Assembly (NCBI GenBank): GCA_010909165.1
Contig: VJWM01000007.1
Coordinates: forward strand, 496,001 to 560,000
DNA: 64,000 nt
DNA from: Anthoceros angustus
Taxonomy: Eukaryota; Plantae; Anthocerotophyta
Direction of reading: 5' to 3'
In this document: piece by piece, positions 22,401-35,690 of the stretch
Layout of the letters: each line of letters opens with the position of its first letter
Numbering within the stretch: position 1 is the first letter of the stretch
The notes under the pieces: model-generated
Seen by the model: only the letters and a program-made list of their open reading frames with translations
Databases searched by the model: none
Told to the model about the DNA's origin: nothing
Position numbers and translations under genes: made by a program

Positions 22401-25100
22401 GGTGAGGCCGGATAGGTAGTATCCTTGGCCAAATCACGGGAGGGTGGGCTGCACCATTGGGAGGCGTGAAAGAAATAATAAACATAAGCTAGAACCAAAA
22501 TACGAGCAGGTAGCAAAATAGAAAGCAAGGAATAACCGGACAATTACCCAGTGTCGGGGTTGAGGAGGCAGGGCTGGGCACCAAAATGTCCTCGGCTTTT
22601 CTTGAACATACAGTGTGCACTCCATCGACAAGCCCCAATAGGGCTGACCAAAGCCCTGTCTAGAGGCCGCAACCCACCGGGACTCTCGACAACCTTGGAC
22701 AAGCGCCCCGCGTCGCTACTCCATGCGAAACACTAAAAACTTGGGGCTAGCCAAAACATAATGGCCCGTCAATCCACCACCACGGCCTGTGCGCGGGCCT
22801 TCAACACACCGACCCTACGAGGTAGAAGGCTGCCACCCTCGGTGCCCAAAGCTCGACCAAAGGCGGCGCCCGACAAGGCTAGAGGCCGCGGTGGAAACCC
22901 TAAACTTGGACCCGCCCGGGAGAAGGCTGGGGCAGCATGCCAAAGCGGGGCCCCCGCTCCAAATCGGGCCCCTCACTAATCGAACCCGCCACCACCAAGC
23001 CGACCCGCCTTCCCGAATCGGAATCCTCTCACGCGAACGCGCCGCCACGCCAAATCGGGCCTTGCCACCGTGAGGCACCGAGCCATGCCGCCTTGAAGCC
23101 TAGCCCATGGTGAGCCCTGAGGCCCAGGATCGCCTCGCCGAGGGCGATAGGGCATACCCTAGGCGTGGGCCTCTCCATAGCCAGTAACCTACTGGCACCC
23201 AACACCTGACAGATCCAATGGGGGGTCTTTCCGCTCACCACAGCCGCCGGCAAAATAAAAAGCTCCAAAGAATCCAATCGCTAGAAGGATCCTTGGGAGC
23301 AAAATGATCTCGAAGGTGGTTGTAAATTGTCTTCAGCAGGACCAGAGAGAGCCAGGGGCCATTGTAAGGGCCCTGCCAAAGACCGCCCTGTCGAGACAAA
23401 AAAGCTCTTCAGCGATGAGATTTAGGATATCTGTGGGATGAGGTCACTAGGGGCGAAGGAAGGCGCGAGGCGACAATGGTCTCCTCGGAGGCTAGCGCCA
23501 TCGGTTTGGGCGAAGGGCTTGGGCAGCTAGCGTACTCCTAGCCCCAACAGGAGGCACCTCTTGAGACTTGCCTTGGCGGGGTCCTGACGAACCTGGTCCA
23601 CCTTGGCCGACTCCACCCTGGATCTCACTGCGTGCCCGCCCTCCTCTTGTAGAACCTGCTAGGAGGGAACCGGCGGAGACGAGAAGCCACCTCTTTGTGG
23701 CATGAAGGAACACCCTTGGAGCGGCGAAGACACCACTGAGGGAGAAAAAAGAACAAAGTCCAGGTCGCCTTGTCTTCGGGGTTCAACACGAGGCGCTCCA
23801 AGGGAAGCCAATAGGCAAAGCAAACATCATCATGAAGACGCCTCAGGAGACACGAAAAAGGCCGAGTCCCAAGAAATGTGCCTTCGTACAGGGCATGTAG
23901 GTGATCCGGCTGCATCCGCAGCTATTGCCACGACTTAGGAGGCAGCTAGAGGGGAGCAACCAAACACAGAGTCAAGGGGGCAGCAGCATAGGAAGAAGCA
24001 AGCCTCACCTAAGCCTCCCACATCGTGCGATCGAAGTCCTTGTGCTTGTGCCCAATGTGACATTTCAGCCCTTCACTCCATAGCACAGTTGAGCGCAGAC
24101 CGGATAGGTAGTATCCTTGACCGTCACAGGAGGGGTGGACTGCACCATTGGGGAGAGCGTAGAAAGAAATAATAAACATAAGCTAGAACCAAAGCTGTAC
24201 AGAACAGGTAGCAAAATAGAAAGCAAGGAATAACCTTCGGACAATTACCCAGAAGTGTCAGGGTTGAGGAGGCACCGAGGGCTAGGCACCAAAATGTCCT
24301 CGGCTTTTACTGAACATACGGAGTGTGCACTCCATACGACAAGCCCCAATAGGCTGACCAAAGCCCCTGTCTAGAGAGGCCGCAACCCACCGGGACTCTC
24401 GACAACCCACCGCTGGACAAACGCCCGCATTCGCTACTCCATGCAGAAACACTAAAAACTTGGGGCTAGCCAAAACATAATGGCCCCGTCAATCCACCAC
24501 CACAGCACCCAACAGCCCGCAGGCCTTCAACACACCGACCCTCTGAGGAGCCGAAGGCTGGCCAACCCTCGGTGCCCCGCAAAGCTCGACCACCAAGGCG
24601 ACGCCCGACAAGGCTAGAGGCCACGAGGGTGGAAACCCTAAACTTGGACCCCGGGAGAAGGCTGGGGCAGCATGCCAAAACCGGGCCCCCGCTCCAAATC
24701 GGGCCCCTCTGCTTGAATCGAACCCGCCACCATGAGCCCGCCTTCCCGAATCGGAATCCTCTACGCCGAACCGCGCCCCGCCACGCCAAATCGGGCCTTG
24801 CCACCGTGAGGCACCCGAGCCATGCCGCCTTGAAGCCTAGCCCCGCGGTCAGCCCCTAGGCCCAAATGCCCACCGAGGACGGGGCCTCCAAGCCACGCCG
24901 CGTCTCATACCCAGGGGTCCGCAGGGGCAAGGCAAGGCAGGGCAAGGTAAGGGACCCCCAGCCGTCACCGTCCGATTGGGCACCATGCTCTTGCTCCACA
25001 CTCCTCCTCCGCTCCCATGGTCAGGGTTTAGTCTGACAAACAAGTACGTGGCTTCGTGGTGTCCATGACTGGATTTGAACAAACGAACGAGGCTCGTGCG
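19460..25100 (-). mobile_element. CRE/R2-like non-LTR retrotransposon (RT + restriction-like endonuclease), degenerate, 5' part duplicated
   Basis: LRALHP...APR, PIALGEAI, VENAFKNVS, a QGDPL-like region, GDPQVAF, REL motif PDLFLTRQDQIFVADV, and FIPLAMETHGAIG...FRKQVSIAL. The 5' boundary is approximate. Confidence 0.85.
21449..24864. repeat. Two tandem copies (~1.67 and ~1.74 kb) of the CRE 5' region
   Basis: AGGCCCA at 21449, 23120 and 24858. The second copy carries many small insertions. Confidence 0.9.
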
Positions 25101-25836
25101 CCGGTGGTGCGGTGGACATCCTAGCTTGCCGGAGCGGTGAAATGGAGCCGGTGGCCATTGCAAGGAAGAACATCATGGTGACGGGGCCTTGACGGCCTCT
25201 TCATACAACGGAGCCCACGCATGCATCAATAGGCCTGCCTCTTGCACTCGGTGGAGGATGATGGTCAGGGCGATGAGGGACTTAATGCCAATGGCCTAGT
25301 TTTCCTGGTTGTAGGTTTTGTGTGTGCAGGGGACTTCAATCTTAGATTAGCGGGCTGGATTAGGCAGCATCACCTCCATTTCTACTATCTCGGATTAGAG
25401 AACCAGATTAGGCAACATCACCTCCATTTTTGTCCTCTTACCACATTCTCAGTCGTGCAGCTAGTTCACCTGGCTCAGTGGCTGGCCTCTTGGGCAATTC
25501 AAGCTGTTGGGCTCCGGTGCGTGGATTCCGGATTGTACTAAAGTCGATAGGAGTTGGTTGGTCTCCGCATTGTGCGTAGCTGATGCTGGTTGTGCTAGTT
25601 CTCGGTGTGTTCTACATCAAATTGTTGTGCTAGTGGAGGGGAGCGGTTGTCAGGACGAGGCACATCTGCACTGACTGCCGGGCTGTCCACCGACCTCTCT
25701 TCATGCTGTCGTGGAGGCAGTATGCGCATCTGGCCTAGTTTGATTTCGTGAAGGCTACCGGACAATCTTAAAAGTGAGAGAATTCTGGATTTTTGCAGGT
25801 GTGAATTCATGTGACAGAACCTACATACTTGTTACG

Positions 25837-28619
25837 ATGGATTCTGAACCAATGGCAGACACTAAGGAGTACTCAGAATCACAGGCTCCTTTGTCCAAGG
25901 GTGTAAGGTGCACCAACATGATCGAGAGGTGTTTTAAGTCTCTCCAAACGGACATCAAAAAGTAAAGGGCAAATTTTGTGGCTTTCCAGGCTGAGCTGCA
26001 GGAAGTGAAGTTGGAATTTCGGGCATCAAAGGAACATTTTGAAGCAAAAGTTGAATGTCAGCAATTGGAGATTGCTGCACTCTAGAAGAAGCTAGCTCTA
26101 GAGATTCCACTAATGTGGGCAGATTTAGTCCAGCATGGAGACCAAATTGCTGCCCTCAACAAGTAGTTGGCTACTTGTTGGCCCAAAACAGCTATTGCTC
26201 AATTCAGGTCTGACATTTTGGAACACAGCAGCAGATGGCCTCTTTGCAGCAAGATTTCGCAATGGCTCATTTGCTGAACAAGGATGAGCCACAACTCCAT
26301 GAAGAAATCATGCACACCACTTCCGCTTCTATTGATGCTAAGTGTTCCTTAGTAAAGGATTTTGTGTCAAGCGAATTGCAAGCTATGTCTGCTAAGCCGT
26401 CCATTTCTTCCCTCCAAGTCACGAATCAGATTTCATTGACCAAGTAGTTTGTGCAGATGGAGAAAAAGATCAAGGCCCTGGTTCAACCCCCAATTTTGCC
26501 CCTTCCCAATGCTCAAAGATTCCAGACCTTACCAGGCTCGGCCTCATCAGCTCACCATACAGTGAATGCTTGAATCGCAAGAACGTATGAAGCGCTCCCT
26601 CAATCTTCGAGTGAGGGGATTAGAGAACTGTGGGACTGCGCAGGTGGTGGTGTCTGACTTCCTAGCTATTAAGCTCCAACTACCTGGATTTTCTTTCCAA
26701 AATGCGTGGTTAGTTGGGAAAGACCCTAGTCGCTCTACAATTTTCCTTATCCGTTTCCACTCTCTTCAGGACAAGCTACAGGTATTGCGGGCGCGCACGG
26801 GCCTCAACATTCTCGTTGGAGATGATCTTACAAAGTTGCAGGTCAAGATGAAGGAGACGCAAATGCTAGAGATGAGGGCAGCCCGGGCGGTTGGGGAGAT
26901 TGCCTATTTCCAAGGAGATCGGCTGGTTATCAAGCAGACTTAGCGAGACCCGGATCCAGACAAGCCCCCTGTCCCATTGGGATCCGTGGCCCGCAAGGCC
27001 CACTTAAGGTGCATCTTGAAGATGGTTGCCTAGAATTACAATGGATCACTCTGGGCACAGCCAGGTGGTATCCTCCACCTTCTCGCGGGCCACGACTTGA
27101 TTTTTCTCAGAGAGACGCATGAACATCAGGCCAGGCAACTTCCGTCTTTCCCGCATTTCCATTTCTTTTCTCTTTTTAGGAATTATGTTTCCTCTAACAC
27201 ACCCAAGGCTGCGGGTGGGGTGGCATGCATCTTCTATTCTTCCCTCTCTTAATTCATCCCTGTGGCGAAGGAGGACTCGCTAGCGCGTGTTTTATGGATC
27301 AGGATTGCGGCGACAATCCTTCCGTCTAACCGCAACTTGTTCATTGCATGCTGCTATTTTCCACCCCAGGGCTCTCCTAATGCTACAGGTCACCCGCTGA
27401 GGACATCTGAAGACCTTTCGGATGACATCATGTACTATGCACCTCTTAGAGATATCTTATTGGTCGGGGACTTCAATGCTTGGACTTCCTCTGAGCAATC
27501 CTCAATGTATGCACCGACTGACAACCGGAAATTATTTCCACTTGATCTTGCTGACCATGGTCTCCACAGAAGGTCTGATGATCCGCACCAAGTCAATACT
27601 TTCGAAAGAGCTCTTTTACACTTGGTGGAGTCCCATACATGGACTGCCTCAATGGCCTGGGAGCGAGCGGATCAAACGCTATGGTGCTTCCGGTCAACTT
27701 TCTGCTGTTCTTGATTATGTCATTGGAGAGGTTTCCTTTCTTTCCTCCATCCATTGATTCCAGGTTTCTGACTACAAGCCTCTTGAGTGTGATCATGCTT
27801 TCCTTTCTTGGCATGCATGTGTACTCTGATACCCCTCCAAATATGCTTTAGCACCCGAAGTCAACTAGAGTCCGTTTTTCCCTCAACCATCTGCACGCTC
27901 CCCAATACTCCTCTCTCCTGAAAAGGTCCATAGCTACTATTCCCCTTGGTCTCCAGTTCAACCAACAAGCCAATGCCTTCACTGTTGCTATGCTATCTTC
28001 AATCTGAACATATTATCTTACCTCCTAAAACTAGTTATATCCTCCAAGACTATCCAAAACTGCTCCTTGCCATCCCTGGTTTGATGATGAATGCAAACAC
28101 GTTCGATTTCTCACTCATCAGTATCTCCGTGCCCTCAATGTCCCACCCCAGTCTCAACATACTTCACTATTTAAGAAAGTCGTCAAGCCTTACAAATCCC
28201 TTTTTGCTACCAAGAAGTCTGCCTTCTTTTCTTTCCAGCGCGAATGCCTGATGCGGCTTCTTAGGGAATCTCCTGATAATGCTGCATTTTGGAGAGAATT
28301 CTATTCTGGCAGCATCGTCATCCTCCTGCAAGCGTCTCCTGAGCTTATCAACTATGTGCAAGCTCTTTTTTTCTAGGAATCTGTTCCTTTTTCTCTCAGG
28401 TCGCAGGATCCCGGGATCAAGATGTTCACCCCTGAGCTCGTCACCTCCACCATCAACAACCTCAGGTCTGGTAGAGCCTCTGACTCTGCAGACATCCCGA
28501 GGAAACTCTTCTCTTATGCAACTCCTACAGTTATTGCTCCTCCTTATTTGCAGTGTCTGTCATCCCCCATCGGTGTATTTGAATTCAGTGAAGTGAATGT
28601 GTCATCATCCCCAAATTGA
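25837..28619 (+). mobile_element. APE-type LINE remnant with ORF1 and truncated ORF2
   Basis: ORF1 has a coiled coil followed by NLRVRGL...DDLT. The endonuclease shows LRETH, GGVA, CCYFPP, VGDFNA, LDYVIG and (S)DH motifs. The RT start reads NNLRSGRASDSADIP. Stops and frameshifts occur throughout. Confidence 0.85.
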
Positions 28620-30099
28620 GTGAATGTATTGTCATCTTCAATGGCTCCTGCATGTACAACTTAAACATACGTGCATTAACTATAGTCACTTCTAAACTCC
28701 TTTCCTCCATTATCTTGTTCGAAGGTTCTACAATATATTGTATTATCTTATCTCTTTAGTATTGCATACTTTTTGTTCAATATCCTAGAATGCTCTCCAT
28801 TATTGTCATGTATGCATATAATAGAGCATTTCATTCTTTTTTATGAATATTCCACAGTGCTCTCCAATATATGTATGTACATTTCAAATATAACTTGGGG
28901 GTTAACCACAGGATGACCAAAGATCTTAACCCGAGAAAGACTCCTTCATCGTACCATTTTATAGGGCATGAAGATCTACATTACTAATATAAACTACATA
29001 TTAATGCAAACTATCATGAACATCATATTTTATGTAAGCCTTGGCCTTTTGACATGAAATTAAGTGCACGAGCAGATGAGACATTGCGAATATATTTGTA
29101 TAAAATAACCACTCATTAAGAAATTTCACTTTTTGTGTACATCTCTTTTGTTACCTGTGAGACCTAGATATGTAAGACCTTCATTGAGTTGAGTTGAGTT
29201 ACTTTCAATGAAGATATCCACTCTAAGGGATCACCCTGGTCACAACAAACGGCTGAATCTCCAAACGTTTCTAATTCTGAGGCATTGCTCTGAGCACAAC
29301 TTGTCCAGTGGGAGTATAGATGATGTCATTGAAAATATCTTACAAAAAGAAGCACCTACCTAGTTTGAGGCATTCAATATCATTGAAAATCTCTTGCAAA
29401 AAGAAGCACCTATCTCGTTTCAGACATTCAATAATCACAACTTGACAAAGAAAAAGGTGAAATGTAATCACATGTTTTCATGCAAAAATGAGGTGGTTGG
29501 TCACACTATGGATGAGGAGTCAATAGTTACGCAGCTACTTCTTCGAGTAAGTTTTCATGTCATCCTAAGTTTAGCTCAAACATAAGCTTAATAGGTGGTG
29601 CACAAGTGTAAGGTGAGACCCCTTGATTAAAAGGAAGGATTCAATTTAGTAATCAAAATTTAGGAGTAAATTAAATGTAAACTATTCTTACCTTGCATAC
29701 CATTATCATCGTAGTTGAAAAGCATGCTTTGTATTGAACATAATATTTTCATTTTCATCATGAGGATTGTGGTCTTCTATGAAAGTAGGGATTGTGGTCC
29801 TCTATAAAAGCAAGTCTGATGAAGAGTAGCGAAAATTTTTTTTTACCATGAATGTTGAGCACTTTGCATTTCACTAGACTTAGAGGACCTCAAAAGGCTT
29901 TACAACAACGAAGATATTTACTAGATTAAGGGCATGAAGAACCTTGCAACAAAGGCCCATAGTGGACCAAACAACTACCTTACAACGTGGGCAAATAGCA
30001 AATCACACAACAGACATCATATGGTACCAACGACCCTACAACGTGGGCAAATAGCAAATCGCACAATAGACATCATATGGTACCAAGGATCCTACAGGG

Positions 30100-31906
30100 C
30101 TTTTCTACATGTAAGGCACCAAGACCAAGAACAATTGGGAATGGCTGATACTTCATCCTCGTAGATATGACTGATCCCCTTAATAAAGGAGATCCTATGA
30201 ACTCATGGCTAAAATGTTAATCCCCAAAGGAGGATGATGGGCTTTGAAAGTAGGACCCTGGTGCATGATTACTTTGTTTAGATTTTTTGTATAAATATTT
30301 ATTATGCTTTACTTCCACCAATTAGAAAAAATAAGCTACTCCGACTATTAAGTTGAGATAAAATAAGTTCAACTCAGTGAAGTCCAATTCAATTGAATTA
30401 AGTTAAGATAAGAATATATGGGTCTTAACCTGTAACTACTTTCTAATTTTATCAAAACTATTAATTATTTATATGATTATTATACATCTTTAGATCCATA
30501 ATGGTAAAAGATTTGGGGGTATAGGCAACCTACGTGATTGTTAAACATCTTGGATTCGATGGGTACTTAGATGGGGCACTTGGAGGGAGTGGATGCCGTT
30601 GGAGCTAGAAGCTTAATCACACCATGGTACAAGTTGCAATCAAGTACAAGTCCCATGACAGGAAAATTCGATCTAAGTGGAGTATAATAGACTTTTTCGT
30701 CTTCTTTTTTTCCTACGGGGATGTATCTCATATAGTAGATGCTTGATGACTCGTTTAATGCTGCAAAGGTGTTTCTTGGCCGGTTGGAGGTGGATGTGGA
30801 AATTTTGCTTGCCTTAGGGCTTAGAAAGGATCCTAGCCGGAGCGTACATTGATCATGACTACTTGACGGGAAATAAGGTTGTACATCAATGTGGATCTCA
30901 CTTTGTTGCAATGGCAACATAAGAAGTTTGCTCGTGCCATGGGTCAAGTGGCCTTTTTCAATAGAGATCACGTGGTTTGTTTTTAATCCTTGTCCTCGCA
31001 ATTCTTTTCTACATGTAAGGCACCAAGACCAAGAACAATTGGGAATGGTGATACTTCATCCTCGTAGATATGGTGATCCCTTAATAAAGGAGATCCTATG
31101 AACTCATGGCTAAAATGTTAATCCCCAAAGGAGGATGATGGGCTTTGAAAGTAGGACCACGGTGCATGATTACTTTGTTTAGATTTTTGTATAAATATTT
31201 ATTATGCTTTACTTCCACCAATTAGAAAAATAAGCTACTCCGACTATTAAGTTGAGATAAAATAAGTTCAACTCGGTGAAGTCAATTCAATTGAATTAAG
31301 TTAAGATAAGAATATATGGGTCTTAACTTTGTAACTACTTTCTAATTTTATCAAAACTATTAATTATTTATATGATTATTATACATCTTTAGATCCATAA
31401 TGGTAAAAGATTTGGGGGTATAGGCAACCTACGTGATTGTTAAACATCTTGGATTCGATGGGTACTTAGATGGGGCACTTGGAGGGAGTGGATGCCGTTG
31501 GAGCTAGAAGCTTAATCACACCATGGTACAAGTTGCAATCAAGTACAAGTCCCATGACAGGAAAATTCGATCTAAGTGGAGTATAATAGACTTTTTCGTC
31601 TTCTTTTTTCCTGAGGATGTATCTCATATAGTAGATGCTTGATGACTCGTTTAATGCTGCAAAGGTGTTTCTTGGCCGGTTGGAGGTGGATGTGGAAATT
31701 TTGCTTGCCTTAGGGCTTAGAAAGGATCCTAGCCGGAGCGTACATTGATCATGACTACTTGACGGGAAATAAGGTTGTACATCAATGTGGATCTCACTTT
31801 GTTGCAATGGCAACATAAGAAGTTTGCTCGTGCCATGGGTCAAGTGGCCTTTTTCAATAGAGATCACGTGGTTTGTTTTTAATCCTTGTCCTCGCAATTC
31901 TTTTCT
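30100..31906. repeat. Two tandem copies of a ~900-bp AT-rich segment
   Basis: CTTTTCT at 30100, 31004 and 31900. Copies are near-identical apart from small indels. Confidence 0.92.
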
Positions 31907-32821
31907 TACGACACTCTTGATTGATTGGCCGTGCCTCTATTTTGCATTATTTTCTATTTCCACTGTCTCTCTAGTTCTTATTTATTTACTCTTCTTTTTT
32001 ACCTCTGTTATATTGTACCTTTTTTTGTCCCATGGTGTTCCTTCCATCCTTAGCAGACAATAAAGTCTCCAATTTCCTTAATGGACATAAAGTAAAGTTG
32101 TTGTTGTTGTAGAGTGCTCCGTTACCATGTGAGAGGTGTGGGCATCGATTCCTCATTCATATTCTCACATATGTATTTGGTTTTCTTATTTTAACAAATT
32201 TGCAATGAAACCCCGCATCTATATATCCATAAATTGGAGATGCCATTTGCAACAATTTGGGCAAAGGAGGGAATAAAGAGGCAAGATATTTTGCATGCAG
32301 TTCTTGCACATTTGGCCATGTAAAACCGAGCCCACCAAATCTTCATATTCAGAGAACTTGTGTATTAATATGCACATACTTTAATTTTTAGAAGGTGAAT
32401 ATACATTAAATCCTTATATACAATTATTATTTTTGCGCACTCTAGTTCAATTTTAATAGAACTTGATAAGCCATTGGTAATGGATCAAGCTTTGCAAGGA
32501 AGGAATGTGTGAAATCTCTCAAAATAGAGGACTTGAGCATTTAGGGTACATATTTTAAATTTATGAGATAAATATACATTGAATTCTTATTAGAAACATT
32601 CATCAATATGAATGACAAGATAAATTTCTAGAGAGATTTTGTAGTATTTCTAATTCTTTTAAATAAGCTCACTAGTTTATCTCACGAAGGCTCTATAGAA
32701 ACAAAAATTTCCCTACAAGCTAACTCTACAAGGGAATATTGTATATACCGAATAAGAATTTTTCAAGCAGTTAACTTGAAAAGGCAATATGCTCGATTAA
32801 ATCAGGACTTCTCCACTTTTC

Positions 32822-34474
32822 TCAACAATCATACGCACCAGGCCCAGGAAATTCTGTTTGTAGGACACCAAAACGGTTTCCAGTTCCAAATTTGATGGTT
32901 GGTTGAGTATGATACCTAGAATCTATAATTCGTCCCTGTATATGAAAGTACATTATAAGTAAATGAAGTATCATGTGATCAAATGATACCGATTTAGTAT
33001 GTGAAATCGAATTAAAAAGATATTACCATTGAAGATCTTGGGTTGGAAGCTGGCCCTGCAGCTGGGCCCGGTGAACCTTCACCATAGTGGCATTTATCAT
33101 GCTCCATTGATAAGAACACCTTCAACCCATTGAAAAAAATCACTTTTAAATTCGCATTCCTTACAAAATATAGAATATATACTAGAACGATATTTACTTA
33201 ATTAAATTTAGTGGAGGATATATTGACATACTTTTTGGCGATGATCTCGATCACAATGAGGAAAAGCCATGGTTGGTAGTGTTGTTTTTTTTGAATCATA
33301 TTGTTTTCCTATTGCAGGAGTGTAGTTGTATTCTCCTGGCCCAGGAAGATTGTCGTATCCATACTGTACCAATAGCAATCATATTGTGAAGTTGGTAATT
33401 GTAATTAATCAAGATTGGGAATAAAAGGGGAAAAAGACTTGATTGTTACCCTGAATCGATTAGCTTGTGTGAAGAGCATAGATGGTGCTGTTCTTTTCAT
33501 AGAGTGGTATTGCTTGCCTAAAGCAGACTTCCAATTATAATAGCTTGGACCTGGGGAACCTTTTCCATAGTTGGACTGATTACATAGAAAATTAGGATGC
33601 AATTTACAAAGAAGCAAGAGATTGAATTCAAGATATAAAACTTCTCATATATGTCATTGCAATACCTTATCATGTTCTAAACTTAAAAAAACTCTTTCCA
33701 CTTGATCCCTTGTAGCTCGTCCAAATACCAATCCTTCAGGGGACTTTCTGATTGATTCTACCTGATCAAGGTTAAGTATACATTAATAGAATATGAAAAA
33801 TAGATTTGGAGTTCTCTAAATATTTTAATAAAAAATAATTATCACAAACTGGTTAAATCGACCTGTGCTCCAACTCCTGAACAAATTTTATATGCCCCTG
33901 GCCCTGGAGCGTCCTGTGATTGTCTACCCTGCAAAACAAGACAACTTGCAAAAACACAAATATGTAAGCCTTATCTCTTCAAGTAAAATGAATATACAAA
34001 ATCTTTAATTGCAAACAATTGTAAACAATCCATCTAGTACCTTCCAACGATTGGCAATAGGAAAAACAACTTCAGGGGGAGACACATTGTCAGACTTTGG
34101 TTGTCTTCCCATTGATGATTTCAATAAATAAATAGGACCTGTGTATAATCATAAGCACATATTGTCTTCAAATATTATTTATTTTAATTTATTAATAAAT
34201 TTATGACAAATTACTACCATCTTGAAATGAAAAGAATGAGGTACCTGGACTACTGAGCCCCGGTCTCTTTTTGTTCATCTCATGATTGATATACCGCTGC
34301 ATTAACATAAAACCATTGATATGTATGAAGCATCAAAAGTAGGACTCTTACAACACTAGTTGTCTCTAGTTATTTGAATACTAGAATAAAAGTTGTTGAA
34401 ATTACTTTGTCATTGTCTTCTCTGTTAGAGGTGCCAAATCCCCATGATGGAGCACTCTCATTTTTTGAATTTAC
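32822..34474 (-). CDS. Sperm-tail PG-rich repeat protein (SHIPPO/ODF3/STPG-like axonemal protein), at least 9 exons; first exon not resolved
   Basis: GT-AG exons join into VNSKNESAPSWGFGTSNR / RYINHEMNKKRPGLSSPG / PIYLLKSSMGRQ / DAPGPGAY / YGKGSPGPSYYN..LGKQ..SMKRTAPS / NLPGPGEYNYTPAIGKQYDS / HYGEGSPGP / KFGTGNRF..FPGPGAYDC*. Confidence 0.85.
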
Positions 34475-35690
34475 CTATATGTAAATAGTATTTTAAAAAA
34501 TCAGGATGATTTTTTTTTGCTTGCATCATTGAAGTAGAAAGGAATCTAATATATGATATACCTAGGTTCTTTTTTTCTTGACAAAGATCCACATTTTCTT
34601 TTCTCTTGTTACGACGTGAACCAATTTTTTTTCTTTTCTTTTAAGTTTTTCTAGAAACATATTACTCTACTAAATTCTAAGAAAAGTAGCATAATATGCA
34701 GTCACGGGTGACATGCATAAAAAGAGATGTGACCTGTTTTCCAAAGCCTGATTTGATTCTGCGAACCCTTCTCTTAGGGGGTTCGTGCAATTCATGTTGT
34801 TTAAGAGGGTGGAATTCAGGTGCACCTTCTTTCTTCATTTTCTCCTATTTTTATTACTTTTCTTTTTCCCACATGTAGCAATCCAAGTCTTTAAACCGAT
34901 TGCATGATGACATTTAAATGAAGTGAGGTTGGAAAAAATATCTAATTTATATTAGGTAGTCCTTTATTGTGTTGAGTACTGCATGCACTATATAAATTCA
35001 CAGGTTTTAAAAGTCCATATAGTTTGATGAATCACAAGATTAGAAATAGAATATAAAATATTATTGAACCAAAGATGTGAAAGAATTGAGAAAGGTATAA
35101 CTCCTATCATTAATCCTCACCCATTGTAGTGTGGAGTTGACTGGGCATTAATCCCTTGGTTGTTGTGTTTGCAGTTTATAATATAACGTGGAGGAGTGTC
35201 GATTGGGGTTTGAGCAGCATAGTACCGATGAAGTGAAGTAACCCCCAAGGGGGAAGGCGAGTTAGGGCGGAGCAGCCGGTGGCAGGCGACGGCACAGCAT
35301 GGCTGCTGCTGCTGCCGCTGCTGTTGCTGTGTTCCATACGATTTTGGTCGTGGGAAGCTACATGGGTAGGCAAATGAGCTGAGGGTCCTGTGTGTCTCCT
35401 GGTGCGGTGGTGTGCGCTCCACTTCCGGTGGCATTGCTGCCAAAAGGTGCGAACCGGGTCCAGGCCGGTAAACCTCGGCCGAAGAGGGGACCGGCTGAAC
35501 CGGCTTCTGTTTCTCCCTGACCTTCGATGCGTGCATTTGCAGCAGCAGGAGCAGCAGCAGCAGCAGCGTCGGGGCCGGTTTCCAGATGCCATGTCCCCAT
35601 GGCAGCGCTAGATTTTAGCAAGAGCGTGCCGGTGTCGCGTCTGGCCTTGCTGGGCTTGAAGATGCACAGCAGCTGCTGGAAGGACGCGGG

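Noticed and set aside
29979-30095. Two ~55-bp direct repeats, checked as a possible CRISPR-like array (as were the 8.6-kb and 63.9-kb repeats)
   Set aside because: Head-to-tail units without unique spacers, in eukaryotic DNA with no cas genes.
30780-30910. Weak resemblance of minus-strand peptides (YNLISRQV...KFP; also NRKQLRSASYNIMTRQV at about 63.2 kb) to the P2X7-ballast/KolX-type domain
   Set aside because: The match is short and interrupted by stops, and block order differs between the two loci. It cannot be supported without a profile search.
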